59,657 nucleotides of DNA, filler included, from Piptocephalis cylindrospora (GCA_003614145.1; 6 parts of 6 records of this genome joined end to end with filler, not necessarily neighbours in it), one strand, 5' to 3'; counted from the whole stretch's first letter, positions 47,553 to 59,657 are shown. Notes: a model not told the origin generated them from the sequence alone. A program made the numbers and translations.

Positions 47553-49662
47553 AAAGAAGGGAGGAAAGAGAGGAGCGGCGAAGGAGGAAGAGACGGAGTT
47601 TGACCGCTTCTCTCTGATACTGACGGAGATAATGAGGGCTTTAAAAAAAAGGTGAAAATAAGGAGGAATGTTTTTTGACAAACGATATGGTTTGGGTGGT
47701 CGTCCGATGGCTTGTTCAATTTACCCTCTTCCGCCATTCCATCCCTATGGAGAGGAGTTTGCTGGAGGCTCAGTCGGGCTCCGAATAACCCCTTCCTACA
47801 CATCATCTGGCAGTGTGTGCGTGTGATGGGAGAGGAGAAGTATGTATGGGGAGGAAGAATCACTCCCAGATCTTCTTGCCTTGCTCATCAGGATCATGCT
47901 GCTTAACCCCAATGCTATACACGCCCGGATAAGGAGACGACATCGAAAAGGACACGCGCGCTTCTCCCATGTAACCCCTCTACATCCTTCTCATGGTGGA
48001 TGTAAAAAGTAAAGGGTATACTCATAGACGGACGTGGAGATCTAGGAAGAGAGAGAGAGAGCAAGGGCCCGCACACAACACATTGCATACCTCCCTCTTC
48101 CCCCGCATTTACTGTGTCATGTGGGCTACACAGGATGAGGCACGCCCTATTCCAACTTCGTTCTTCCTCCTGGGGGGAGGATCTATGCTTCCCCCCGCTC
48201 CAACCCTGGATGATGTTCCATTGCACGCCATGATGATGGGCATGGATTGTGGGACGATACAATCCCCATGTCCGGCTGCTGGTGAAGAATGACTCTATTT
48301 CAGGATCAGATAAACTAAAATAAAATAAAATAATGGACGGCTAGACCGATTTATTGAATATCCACTACGACCTAGAACGAGAGGGTCGCCGGAAAAAAAA
48401 ACCAATATGTATGTATGAACCCTCATCCTATCTCTGTCCTACCCTCGCCTGGAACGTGGGCCTCTCAGGGTAAAAAGCTTCATCTTTGTTCACGGTTATA
48501 TCCATGACCTTTCCTTCCGAGATAAAGTCAATTTAAAAACAAATGTACGATAAGGTGCATATAGAGTAGCAGGCCCTGGTTTGAGGGGGATGGTGACGCA
48601 CACTCGAAAAGGAGCCCACACATACTTCACACATTCACACACGTCAAGGCCTCCTTCCCTCATATGTCTAGGAAACTTCCAGGGTCTAAGAGTCGTGCCT
48701 GAGAAGATCTTTTTCCTCCCTGCATCAAGGACACCTGGGCAGATCCCCACAAATGCCTTTATGCAGGCCGTGTGGTCCTTCCCCCCCCCCCTCTCTCTCT
48801 CTCTTTGCCAGAGTGATCCCCAAAGGCCTATAATTACCAAGTGAAGCAAGACGTGATGGAGCATAATAGTACAGCTGATCCCCAAAATGAGCCTTGGCCT
48901 TAATGGGGATCTTCCCATCCTCTCTTTATTGTCACAGTAATCCATACCCAGTCCGTCCCCGGCTGAGATATGAAAATCTTGGAGCCTTTCCCAAGAGTTT
49001 ATTATACAATGGTAATCTCCAATCCTGCTTTCACAGGAATACTGGATTCATGGGCCCCTTCCATCAACGATACTGGTGTGTGCCCCCATCAAGGCAATAC
49101 ACCCCATCCATTCAATGGACTGGCCTCTTGCAGGCGGAGATAAGTCAGTATAGTAATGAGGCATTCCCTGAGCCCAGGGGGAGGACCCGATCTCTTGCGC
49201 CCCATGGTCTCCCCTGATTCGCGAGCCCACCTTGCCTTGAAGCTTCATATTTAAAGACCACCATAATCCCCGACTCTCATAAAAACTCCGAGCCCCCTGT
49301 TCCCTTTCCACCTTGTCCAGACTGGGAAGGGCAGTGTGACATTGCCCATCACCTTGAATGCATCCCTGCTTCCACAGCCTAGACTACCTCGAATTCTCTC
49401 GATAAGGAAAGGGCCTAACCACCTCTCATTCTTTCATAAAAACCTCATTCATCCCATCCTCAGTTCCATTTCTCATCCTTGTCCCTCCCATCCTCCTCCC
49501 TTCCTTCCTTTTAGTCTGCTCCGAACTCTACCCTGATCCATCCATCCTTGCTCACTCATCATCACTCCCCATATCGTCCCTACACGTCACTCTACTACCC
49601 TTCACTTACCCACGTACCAAGAAGTGCCTCATTCCATCCTTCTAACGCGATTTATCGTTCAG

Positions 49663-49716
<54 letters not shown>

Positions 49717-49816
49717 NNNNNNNNNNNNNNNNNNNNNNNNNNNNNNNNNNNNNNNNNNNNTTAATTAATTAANNNNNNNNNNNNNNNNNNNNNNNNNNNN
49801 NNNNNNNNNNNNNNNN
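49717..49816. other. Artificial contig spacer
   Basis: N44-TTAATTAATTAA-N44. Confidence 0.99.
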
Positions 49817-52128
49817 TTTGCATACCACTTTCCAATGGCGCTAGGATAAGAGAGAGATCAATATATAGAGAGAGAAGGGATGATGTACTGGCCATTGATC
49901 TGGTTATCCATCACCGCAAACAATAAAAAAAAAGACGAAACTTTTACAAAGTATGCACTACAAACCAGGTTGGGTCCATGATGAACCTAAATCCATTCTG
50001 GCCTTTTTTCTCGGAACTGCTTGTCCTCATTAGGGATGAAACATGAATTTTCGTGTCCAGACGCCATCCTTCATATGAGGTGAGCCTTTGGCAAAGACCT
50101 TGTTCATACTGATGGAACGAGGATGCCCACTATAGCGTATTTTGGTGACTCATCCGTGAGACGTCAATATTTGAGATGCCACCAGCGCTTGGCGATGAAC
50201 ACTCGCTCCCTCAGGGAATAAACAATATAAAGTGCTGGTACATTGATGCAAGGAGGACTGTAACAGCCAAGTCTCATGGGCCCCATTTTTATTATTATTA
50301 GTGTGTGATACCGCACACATATACAGAGCTGAGGGGAAAGACTGTATAGCAGTAGGTTCGAATAGCCGTCTCGAACGAGAGTCTTCCATCAGGTAAAGAT
50401 GTGTTCGCATCAGATCGCACAATGAAAATATATTCAGAGTTTCCTTCCCATGAAGGATGATCAAAGAGCTGAAAGAGTCGACATAAGGATGATGAAGGAG
50501 TATTGAAGATAATTCGCCCTCGAAACTCCTTCTTTCATTCTCAATCGCTTCTTCCTTCCCGTCCCATACTTCCTTTCGATGATCTTGAAGCATGTCTTTT
50601 TTTTACTAGCATTTGATACTAGTATTCCAGCTTTGTCACTTACTTCACGCATTGCTCCTCTTTGACTACAAGCTCTCTCATTTCATGAAAGCGCCTGCAA
50701 AGGACAAGGTATCAATGACGATAGACCTAGTGGATCCAAAATCAGCCCGAATTGCTGCTGCTGAGCCCCCTCTGAATGGAATGCTGGATATGACGAGTAT
50801 CTCTCTAGTGATGGAAGAAGTAATGATTGTGTTCAAGAGGATCACACAAAGAGGAGATGTCTGTAAGGGTATGCGCACCACTTAAGTTCAATGGACTCTG
50901 ATTTGCTCCCATTTCTTTTTCTGTTTAGATCTTCATCTTGTGACAATCAAGGCTGGTGTGGAGTACTTCTCCTAGAAGCAGCAGATGGGAAAATGAATGA
51001 ATCCAAGATGAAATGGGTCTTTCTTTCTTCCTTCCTTTCCCTTTTTGAAACACCATCTCCATCTGGTGCTCCCTATACCTCACCTCTCCCCAATTGCTCC
51101 TCCCCGACAAGTCCCATACACATCATGCCCAGAGGAAAAGAACACCAATTGTTGGGGAGTGTAAACCGACGAACAACTCATCTACCCGTCTTTTTAGGGT
51201 TCTTTGATGGGAAAGTGGAAAGGCTGTGCATCCATCCCTATTCGCCAGTTCAATGTATATATCGGAGATCTAACCGATATCCGCTTGCTACTCTATGTGA
51301 ATATCGCGTACCCATCTACTGAAACGTCCCCCAGCCAACTTGGTATATTGGCTATGCGGCTATAGAGAGCGGAAAAGGCATAGTGTAGATCACCTTTCAA
51401 AAGAGTAAATCGATTGGTTAAAGAAAGACCGTTCTCACTACCAGAAAAGTATCGTCAGTTGCATCGAAGAGTTTGGTGGAAAGCATTTCAAAACAGAAAG
51501 GAAGAAGGAGGAATAGGTACTCAACGGAAGGGTATTTGATGCGAGGCGGGGAACCAATGGAGCGATGCAATGGTCATATGGATCCCAACTCTGGCCGGGG
51601 TGACTTGGCAAGCCAGAAAACACCAGTAGGTAGGCTATGATCTGATTGGATATACTTTCCATTGGGGCCCTCAATAGGGAAGGCAAAGAGCTGTAGGGAT
51701 ATATCGCGGAGACCCTTGAATCGGAGATGGAAGTGGGGGCGGAGATTGAATTCACTCTCCGATCATTCTCTTCTGGTTGGCCATCTCCTTTCCTTTACAT
51801 CTCCTGACAATCCTGGGGCTCCATCTCTGTCCCTCTTCCTCCTTGGGTGTGAGAACAACACCATTTACTAACCATCTCCCCTCCTACTGTGTTCTTAAGG
51901 TGCGTTCCCTTATGCCGACTATTTCGCCCAGCCCCCGATCGCAACAGACTTAAATAGAGGTCAGGTCAATCCCTTTTCCTCCCATCCCATCCTGCTCACC
52001 CCCCAACCTACCCACTCCTATCCTCTTTCTACTTTCCTGCCCCCCTTCAGAGCTTTGGTCTCTTCTCTATCCCTCTACTTTTCTCGTCAAGTGACACTCC
52101 CTTTCCCCACCACCACCACCTTTTCACC

Positions 52129-52452
52129 ATGAAGCTCACATCCATCCTGCTCGTTTCCGCCATGCTGGCCATGGCTCTTACTGTCGCTGCTACTCCTACT
52201 CCCAAGGACGAGAATGTTTCAAGGGACAGGGCGGCTGCAGAGAACAAGGATGCTGCAGAGGAGGGTAGTAAGGATGATGGTGAGGAGGGTGGTGACGATC
52301 CAAATGAATCTGAGGATCCCATGCCCTATGGAGAGCAAAATTGTCAGTACGGCTGTCATGAGGGTTATGGGTGTACACCCCATTATAGCTGCGTTAGTAA
52401 AGACGTGTGGAACGATTGGATAAAGGGTAAGCCCGAGTACAGCCCTATGTAG
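52129..52452 (+). CDS. Small secreted protein, 107 aa, with an acidic spacer and a 4-Cys C-terminal module
   Basis: Signal-peptide-like MKLTSILLVSAMLAMALTVAA, CACC-ATG start context, and CQYGCHEGYGCTPHYSC. Confidence 0.8.
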   Translation: MKLTSILLVSAMLAMALTVAATPTPKDENVSRDRAAAENKDAAEEGSKDDGEEGGDDPNESEDPMPYGEQNCQYGCHEGYGCTPHYSCVSKDVWNDWIKGKPEYSPM

Positions 52453-53909
52453 TGGGAGTTATCGTTTCCTCCGCTCCTGTCCCCTCAAGCGGTTATGCCT
52501 TTTTCAGACACCTTCAGTCCGAATACATTCTTGATATTGGAAGGTTTTCTCTCAATTGTTTCACAAATAGCGCTCTAATGTCTTTACAAGTTACACACAA
52601 GATGTAACAGCCTGGTTGGCACATCATTCCGGTTCTCATATCGATGAGCGATGATGTGACGATTCCCTACACCCTAAACGACACTTACCGGACTATATAC
52701 GGTTCCACCGCCATCTCATCATCAGCTGCAAGCTTGAAAGGCCGATACCCAATCTAATCAAATGGGATGAGGCATACTGCAATGATTCTATCAATCTATG
52801 ACCATTGTATCGTCTCTTCCCAAGTAATGGATGAGCTTGATGAGAAAGTAGCCATTAGCAGTTGCAACAATCAAAGAAGAGGAAGGACTAACGCTAAGGC
52901 AGCCTGACTACTTCTGTCAGGGGAAATGGAACTGAGCATCACGAAAAACACAGGAGATATGGAGAGGTGATTTCAACGTCAAATGGATTGCTCCCAGTTC
53001 CCAATGACAATCCGAGAAAGGGTTTGCTCATTCTTAGAGTATTTTTTTGCTAAACTTAGCCTTGGCAAAATCCCAAGAGACGGCAGGCCATTGGAATGGG
53101 CTTTTACTCTTTGCCCTATTGTTGCAGTAGCAGTTAACGGGATTGTATTGGCGGTGAACAGCGAAATATATTGGGGACGACCATAATATTTCCTTTTTCC
53201 CCAAAAGTCACCAGGTTAAACTCAAATAGATTCAGAGGCTATTCCTCGCAAAATCGTCGCTTCCTCCATATATCTTCCAATCTCTCCCATCTTCTCCTCC
53301 CATTTCCCCATCGTTCCCCTTTCAATGGCCGGTCTCTTCTTGATCTTCATTAATATCCAAAGTAACATCCGTAATTCATACTTTAAATCTGACCTGAGCA
53401 TCGTCTCGGATGAACTTGACACGATCTGTAGAACTTTTCGATAGATATACCAAAATGCGCATCTAATGACCAGGAGACGACTAGGTTCAAAACCCTAACG
53501 AACTTGGAAGATCACACAGCGAGAGGATCACATTATCCTATTCATCACCTTTTTGTCCTTCCATCAAATGAGATGGCAAACAGGACCAAAGAGTCTAGGA
53601 AGTCAGATAGACCCCAATATCTCATCGCGTCCACCAAAAGATCACAGAGCATTTTTCACACCAAATTCGACGTCTTTTTTTCGGAATTTCCTCCGCCGAG
53701 GTGTGCGGTGTGCGGTGCTTCGCCCACCTTCCCTATTCTCCCCGACGAGACCAACATAGCACCCATCCACACATCCCTTCCACCCACACTCACCAAGCCT
53801 TTCTTCCCCTCCCCACTCCTCCTGCTCCTCCTCCCTCTTCCCTTTTCCCGTCGTTCTACGTTCACTCCCTTTCTTTCCCTTTCACTCCTTTCTGAACACT
53901 TTTCCTACC

Positions 53910-54784
53910 ATGTCCCTCCGTCTCCTTGCCCAGGGTACTGCCCGTAAGTCCAGTCACTGTCTTGCTACTGTATGACCCCTCCCCTCCTAATCCTCCCCCT
54001 CTATTCTCTCCTTCCCTTCAGGCTCTGCTGCCAGGGTCACCGCTGTTCCCGCTCAGGCTGCTGTCCCAGCCCTTCGCGCTTACTCCTCCGCCACGGAATC
54101 CAAGGAGGTTGAGGCTCCCAAGAAGAAGGCTCTCTCTCTTCTTGATGCGCTTCCCGGGAACTCGCTCGTGTCCAAGACTGGCTTTGCCGTCCTTGGCTGT
54201 GGTGCCACTGCCGCCCTCGTCTCCAAGGAGCTGTATGTGGTGAACGAAGAGACCCTCTTCCTTGCCTCTTTTGTCGGCCTCGTCTCGGCCCTTGTGACGA
54301 TGAGCCGCGGTCCATACAATGAATGGGCCGCTGGACAGATTGCCAAGATGAAGGGCCTCATGGACGATGCTCGGTCTCGGCACAAGGAGGCCGTGACGAC
54401 GCGCATTGACAAGGTCGGAGAGATGCGCGATGTGGTGGATGTGACCAAGGGGCTCTTTGAGATGAGCAAGGAGATGGCCGAGATGGAGGCCAAGGCCTTT
54501 GAGCTCAAGCAGAAATCTGCCCTTTCCCATGAGATCCGCTCCGTTCTGGACTCCTGGGTCCGGTACGAGACCTCTGTCCGGGAGCGTGAACAGAAGGATC
54601 TTGCCGAGCAGGTCATTTCCCGTGTCCGTGCTGCCCTTGAGGATCCCAAGGCTGTAAGTTTAGGTTGGGGGGCTGGAGGTGGAGGGTGATGTAATGCTCA
54701 TCTTATCCCGCTCCTTTTATGTAGCAAAAGCAAATTATGTCCCAGTGCCTTGCTGATGTGGAGCGTCTGACCAAGACTGCTTAA
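53910..54784 (+). CDS. ATP4: Mitochondrial ATP synthase subunit b (subunit 4)
   Basis: Presequence, then PKKKALSLLDALPGNSLVSKTG, KELYVVNEET and VLDSWVRYE..REQK.LA. Introns 53944-54021 and 54654-54724. Confidence 0.95.
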
Positions 54785-55858
54785 GCCAAGCGGACCTAGC
54801 TCATCGGATGCGTAGGGTATGGATATCCTGATGAGAAGGGTCATCCTCTGTTTTCATTATCTCATGATGTACGGGGGATGGGGGCTTGTCTCAGGCTATG
54901 AGGAGAGAGTGTGTGTGTGGAGAGAGGAGTGAGTGCACGTGCGCGTGTTTTGAAAAAAGAACGCAGAGGATTTATCCCTCGTCGTTGATGAGAGTACATA
55001 CCCTCTTGATATTTCCTATGGTACGAGGTGGGAGGATGAAGATGTGATGCTCCGAGTGCATATCAACGTGATCCATCCTCTGCTGATTCACAAGCCATTA
55101 CCGTTTTCTGCACAAGGAGACGGCAGCATTCTCGCCCTGAGATGATTTGGATATCCCCTTCATAAAGTGGCATTGTTGTTGTTTATGGGGTGCGGTAAGA
55201 GGCGTATCCCTTTGGAGTTCCTCTTCAACTTCATGCCCTCTCCCCTCCCTTCCCCCCTTCTCCTTCCTTACCAGATATGAAAAAGATGTTTTGAGAACCT
55301 TTGGCGGCCATAGAGTACCCCTTCTCCTTCTACTGATAAGGGTAGAGGCCTATTCTCATCCATCCTGATGGAAGGACGTATGCCGCTTGATATACCGGAC
55401 TACAAGACTGGGTCCTTCTCATGTCAACCTTAACAACAACATGACCGCACAACCAGCACAGCCTTTTCCTGATCTCATTCTCAGAGTATCTGGGTCCAGT
55501 ACCTCCCACACATTTACCTCACACGGTATGGTCGTTGTGGTGTGCTCCGGTTTACCACCTGTGGGTTTTCCCTCCCCAGCCCACCCTAGACCCACCCCGC
55601 CCAACCCCATCAGAATTTTCTTTTCTTCATCCCCTTTCCCCCCCTTCAATCCTGCTCCATCACCCGCGCCAGAAGAATTTGACTACCACCATCGCACACA
55701 TCTTTCCTGACTAGCACCCAATCCTCCAGACATCATCACCATCACTCACTGGTTCGCCCCATCTCCCTGCCCTCCCCCCCATCAAATCCAAGCCCACCAG
55801 ATATCTCTCTGATCCAGCTGTTCAGCTTCCGCCCTCTCTGCCCCAAACCTCACACACA

Positions 55859-56040
55859 CCCCCCCCCCCCCCCCCCCCCCCCCCCTTTTTTTTTTCCTTC
55901 CCCCCCCCCCCCCCCCCCCTTCCTTTTTTTTCCCCCTCCCCCTCCCCCCCCCCCTCTCCCCCCCCCTTTTTTTCCTTTCCCCCCCCCCCCCCCCCCCCCC
56001 CCCCCCCTTCACTCTTTTTTCTATATCTTTCTTTTTTTTT
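55859..56040. repeat. Internal poly-C/poly-T low-complexity tract
   Basis: Alternating long C and T homopolymers. Confidence 0.9.
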
Positions 56041-56315
56041 ACTTTACTGAATGGATGGATGGATGGACATCTGGTTGGTTGACGGGATGGAGGATGACCG
56101 GGTCAAACGAGAAGGACCAACCCATGACAACGATGACGGCAACGATGAGGATGGCATGTAAGGGAAAATGCCCCTACTTTTATCCAATGCAATGCAAAAA
56201 TCCTGAGTGCATCTTTTTCTGTCTTTGTTTGTCATAACCGATGATAAAGGATCAACATGTGCAATGGGAGAGGGCTCTATACATGTGGGCTTGAACGGCA
56301 CCCCTGGATCACTCC

Positions 56316-57371
56316 TCAAGCAGAATCCTTCTCTTTCTCCTTGGCCATCCAGGACCGTAAAGTCGTGGAACTCATTTTGGTGGTGGCATCCACTGAGATG
56401 ACCAAGTCGGCCACAAGGATGGTAAGGGGATCCAGACCGTTTTCCCGTCGACGATCATTAACTACACACGAGGAAGGATTAGTGATACATCCGGCAGAGC
56501 TCATTTCCATCTTAGCTTCCCACCTACCAGCTTCTCCTCCTTTGAAGGTTTCGTGGGTGACCAGTAAGGCGGAAAAATCTCGATCAGTATCGGTAGTACC
56601 ATAAGCATCGTGTATAGGATTGACCTGAATGTCTAGGTTAGGAGCCGAGGGCAAGAGGTTCCACTGGACCAGTCGCTGGAGAAAGGCCTGAACCTGGGCA
56701 ATACGGGTGTCCAGGGGCTGAATGAGGGAGGCATAATCCTTGGACCGGACCATGGTATCGTCTGTGACCCCAATGTACAGTCTTCGCGTAGCATAGGCCC
56801 ATGCAATGGTGAGGAGAAGGCGGTGACCCTCATGCAGGTGATCAAACGTTCCCCCTAATGCCACATCTGGGAAAGTCCGGTCGGGGAGGGCCGTCGTGTG
56901 GGCTGCGCCTCCCACTGGGGGAGTCGATGGGGGAGCAGGGTCAGCGAGTGGAAGGGCTGCGGGATCAGTAGGATGAGGGAACAGAGTCTGGAACCAGGGC
57001 TGACTTTGACCTGGGACAAGGACTCGGTCATAGCTGCGTCTAGCCTCCTCGGTCGGGCAGGGAGCCTGGCCCTCGAGGGTTACGGGAGTCGAGGTCAAGA
57101 CGGGAAGAACCGAGACAGGACAGAGAGGACGGTTAAGTCTCCACACGATGTGACTGATGTGGACATAAACTTGACGCAGGGTTTCCTGGGCCTGAGACCA
57201 GGAATGGTAGCGTCCTCGCAGAAGGATATCCAAGGGGTCGGTTTCGGAACAGAAGGTCAAGTGTTGCTGGATGGCTGTATCCAGGAGACGAGAGACCCGG
57301 GCATCCTCCGCTGTTCCCAGGGTTAGGGTTGAAGAGGTGATTTCCAAAAGGAGAAGTGTTCCCTTTTTCAT
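56316..57371 (-). CDS. CAB4: Phosphopantetheine adenylyltransferase (CoA biosynthesis)
   Basis: ALGGTFDHLHEGHRLLL (HxGH), IGVTDD, IHDAYG and KMSSTTLR. Removing in-frame intron 56462-56527 gives ETFKGGEAVNDRR. Confidence 0.9.
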   Translation of the reverse strand: MKKGTLLLLEITSSTLTLGTAEDARVSRLLDTAIQQHLTFCSETDPLDILLRGRYHSWSQAQETLRQVYVHISHIVWRLNRPLCPVSVLPVLTSTPVTLEGQAPCPTEEARRSYDRVLVPGQSQPWFQTLFPHPTDPAALPLADPAPPSTPPVGGAAHTTALPDRTFPDVALGGTFDHLHEGHRLLLTIAWAYATRRLYIGVTDDTMVRSKDYASLIQPLDTRIAQVQAFLQRLVQWNLLPSAPNLDIQVNPIHDAYGTTDTDRDFSALLVTHETFKGGEAGRWEAKMEMSSAGCITNPSSCVVNDRRRENGLDPLTILVADLVISVDATTKMSSTTLRSWMAKEKEKDSA

Positions 57372-58651
57372 GTTGAAGAAAGTGAGGAGGAGGAAGATGA
57401 GAAAGGCGAGGAATACGGGAAGAAGATGGTGTGAAATGGGACGATTACTTATAGTATCCAGGACTAGGCTCGTGATATGATGCATTTGGGAAATACGTGG
57501 GTTATCTCTATAGTGGTGTGATTTGGTGGCTGTGAGCAGATTCGGCTGTGGCTTATCGGGTTACTTGGGGCTCATCGTCAGCATACGGTTTGCCCCAAGT
57601 AATATCTCCGAGCTGTTCGCAATCTGGTCATGGTTTCGGGCCTGCACGTTGTGCACAGCGCACAATGATCCGATCTCAAGTCCGCCTGACACACCAGCTT
57701 TCGCAGCGATGGGCATCCTCATCAGACCCTGTTCCCTCCATTTGCCCTCATCCCAACTGCACAGGACCGTCCATACGGTAGCATCTATCAGTCAATAATG
57801 CCATCCATGGATCAGGATACACTGACTTGCCTTTTCATCAAAGGCAACTTTCTCTGCTTCCTGAATGTCCTGGATCATTGATCATATGAAATTGAGTGCA
57901 TAATACGGAAACTGAGCCGTCTTTGGGGGAGGATGGTATGCCCACCCAGATCCCCAGTTTTCCTAAATGGACCGAGCAATCATCGTGGCGGCGGATATTT
58001 CTCCAGGTGACAGTAAGTTTCAGGTGTCTGTAGTGCCCATGAGGACTTGAGTATAGGGCACACGTCGGGGACATAGTCCCTGGTATCACGCATGCTGGCC
58101 TATTTGGGCGGGTTTATGTGTTCGGATGCCTAACAGCCTACCCCACTGAGGGAAAATATAAAGGGTTTATCAATCAATCAGATCTCCTTGTCTCGGACTA
58201 TTGGGGAAGACATGGTGGCTTCATTATCACTGCGCCCTTCAATCTCTACATTATAGAGCCTCTGATCCACTCTCGGATCTCATTCTCCCGGAAACCACAA
58301 ACTACCTTGGTGTCAAGCCCTAGAAAATCAACCTTTTTGACAGTTAAATATGATGATAAAAGAAACGTAATTTAGAGCCGGTACTGTTAAAAGTGCTCGG
58401 GTTCGTATATTCGGTAAGAGGCAGGAATAAATGCGTGGACAGATAACCCAGAGCTCGGAAAACCCTTTTCAAGCACGAAAAGGACAAAGGAACAGTAATG
58501 ATCCAGGACCCAAATGGGAGAAAGTCGATTTTTGGGATTCACTTTAAGCGCTTCACTAATTAGACGACGAGCTGACACGGCCGAATGATTTCCATCCGTA
58601 ACCTAGTTTCCCTTGAAACTAAGAGCTAAACTAAAGTGAAAGGTAGGAGTG

Positions 58652-59548
58652 CTACTTCTTTCCCCACTTTTTGACAACAGAAGAAAGCTTTCCATCGATG
58701 TTAGAAATATCCTTGAGGAAATTCTTGAACTTCTTCTTTATACTTGTGGAACTCTTGAAGGAGCGGCTCTCTTCCACCAGCTCCGTGTTTTTGCTGCTTG
58801 CGTCCTTTTTTTTCTTTCGAAGCTCAGCAAAAATCTCATTAATTGGCTTAGACCCAGTCGCTGTTTCCCTCAAGTTAATTCCTTTGTTATCGATCTATAG
58901 ACGAAAGAAATTGGAGGAGAAAAATTAACGAAAGTTCAATCAGAAAAGGTCACGATTCATCTCATTATGAACGTTGCTTCCTTCTAAAGGCATCCTTTAT
59001 CTATGTAGAGCAAAAATATGGTGACTAAGGTGATTGGGACGGGAGTTGACTTACCGGGAGCATATCCTCTAGTCGAGGAGCACTTGGACGGACAACACCT
59101 CTAGCTTCGAAAGATAGCTGAGTAGCCAATCTGGCTTGCGCTTTCGGAGATAGCTTCTTTACTGCCTCATCGTCGAGCAGTTTTATGTTCGGGAATTTAC
59201 CGGTGTTCTCCTATTTTAATCCAATTGGGTGAGAAAATAGATTGAGTAGATGATCGAGGCATGAGGAAATAATGAATTGAAGAAGGGAGAAGGCGATGAG
59301 CAGATATATAACCCATAAGAACAACCAGCCCTTCCATATCATAGAAGGTGCATGGTCTGCCAGAAACATCACAATCCTCTCAGCGACGGAAATGCTTACC
59401 ATTTCGTTGTAGACCATATTTTTGAGTCGAATATACTCATCATTGTCAATATCTGATGAGGAGATAGTTAGAAGAGAGAGAAGAAAAGAAAGAGGATCAT
59501 TAAGGCAAAAGCGTATATCTTACCTTGCGAGAAGCGAATATTACTCTC
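58652..59548 (-). CDS. 3' part of an unknown multi-exon gene with a Lys-rich C-terminus, 5'-truncated by the window end
   Basis: Exons 59548-59524, 59452-59400, 59210-59055 and 58894-58652 have GTAAG donors, YAG acceptors and matching phases. They give ESNIRFSQDIDNDEYIRLKNMVYNEM-ENTGKFPNIKLL..EDMLP-IDNKGINL..KKWGKK*. Confidence 0.6.
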
Positions 59549-59657
59549 CTAATAGGAGCAGGAAAAGATGAGTGCACGGAGTAGGAGGAAAAGGGATGAG
59601 ACGGTGAAGGAATATAATGTCAATTATCCCATTTAAAGCAGCCTCCCCTGCCGAAGA

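Noticed and set aside
49817..51870. Several 60-150 aa ORFs and scattered splice-like signals
   Set aside because: I could not assemble a phase-consistent gene or recognise any motif. Left unannotated, although a divergent gene may be present.

Overview
This is eukaryotic, fungal-type genomic DNA with short spliceosomal introns (mostly 60-85 nt) and the standard genetic code. Gene content suggests an early-diverging fungus, possibly Zoopagomycota, but that is inference only. The window is not one locus. It is six unrelated contigs of strictly decreasing length (9873, 9872, 9861, 9859, 9851, 9841 nt) joined by identical artificial 100-nt N44-TTAATTAATTAA-N44 spacers. Contig 1 holds a ZUFSP/Mug105-type deubiquitinase, PI31, cytochrome b5, a NagD-like HAD phosphatase and a partial striatin. 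Contig 2 holds the last exon of DcpS, a TMEM42-like gene, a P2C Na+/K+-ATPase-like pump and UBA3. Contig 3 holds partial CLU1, an F-BAR/DEP/RhoGAP and FAM192A. Contig 4 holds a Bem3-type N-terminal fragment, a PX-PH-RhoGAP and a cryptic Elongin-B-like gene. Contig 5 holds an AIF/FSP1-like oxidoreductase and two unknown genes. Contig 6 holds a small secreted Cys protein, ATP4, CAB4 and a partial unknown gene. The most notable signals are four frameshifts all at 7-8 nt C/G runs, a spliced Elongin-B-like gene that no single ORF shows, a hidden zinc finger and a GC-AG intron in ZUFSP, a head-to-head Bem3-type pair, a His at the M5 cation site of the P2C pump, and a candidate structured RNA. I found no convincing tRNA, rRNA, CRISPR array or transposon, and no firm evidence for a novel multi-gene system. 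All family calls come from motif recognition by eye, not database searches.
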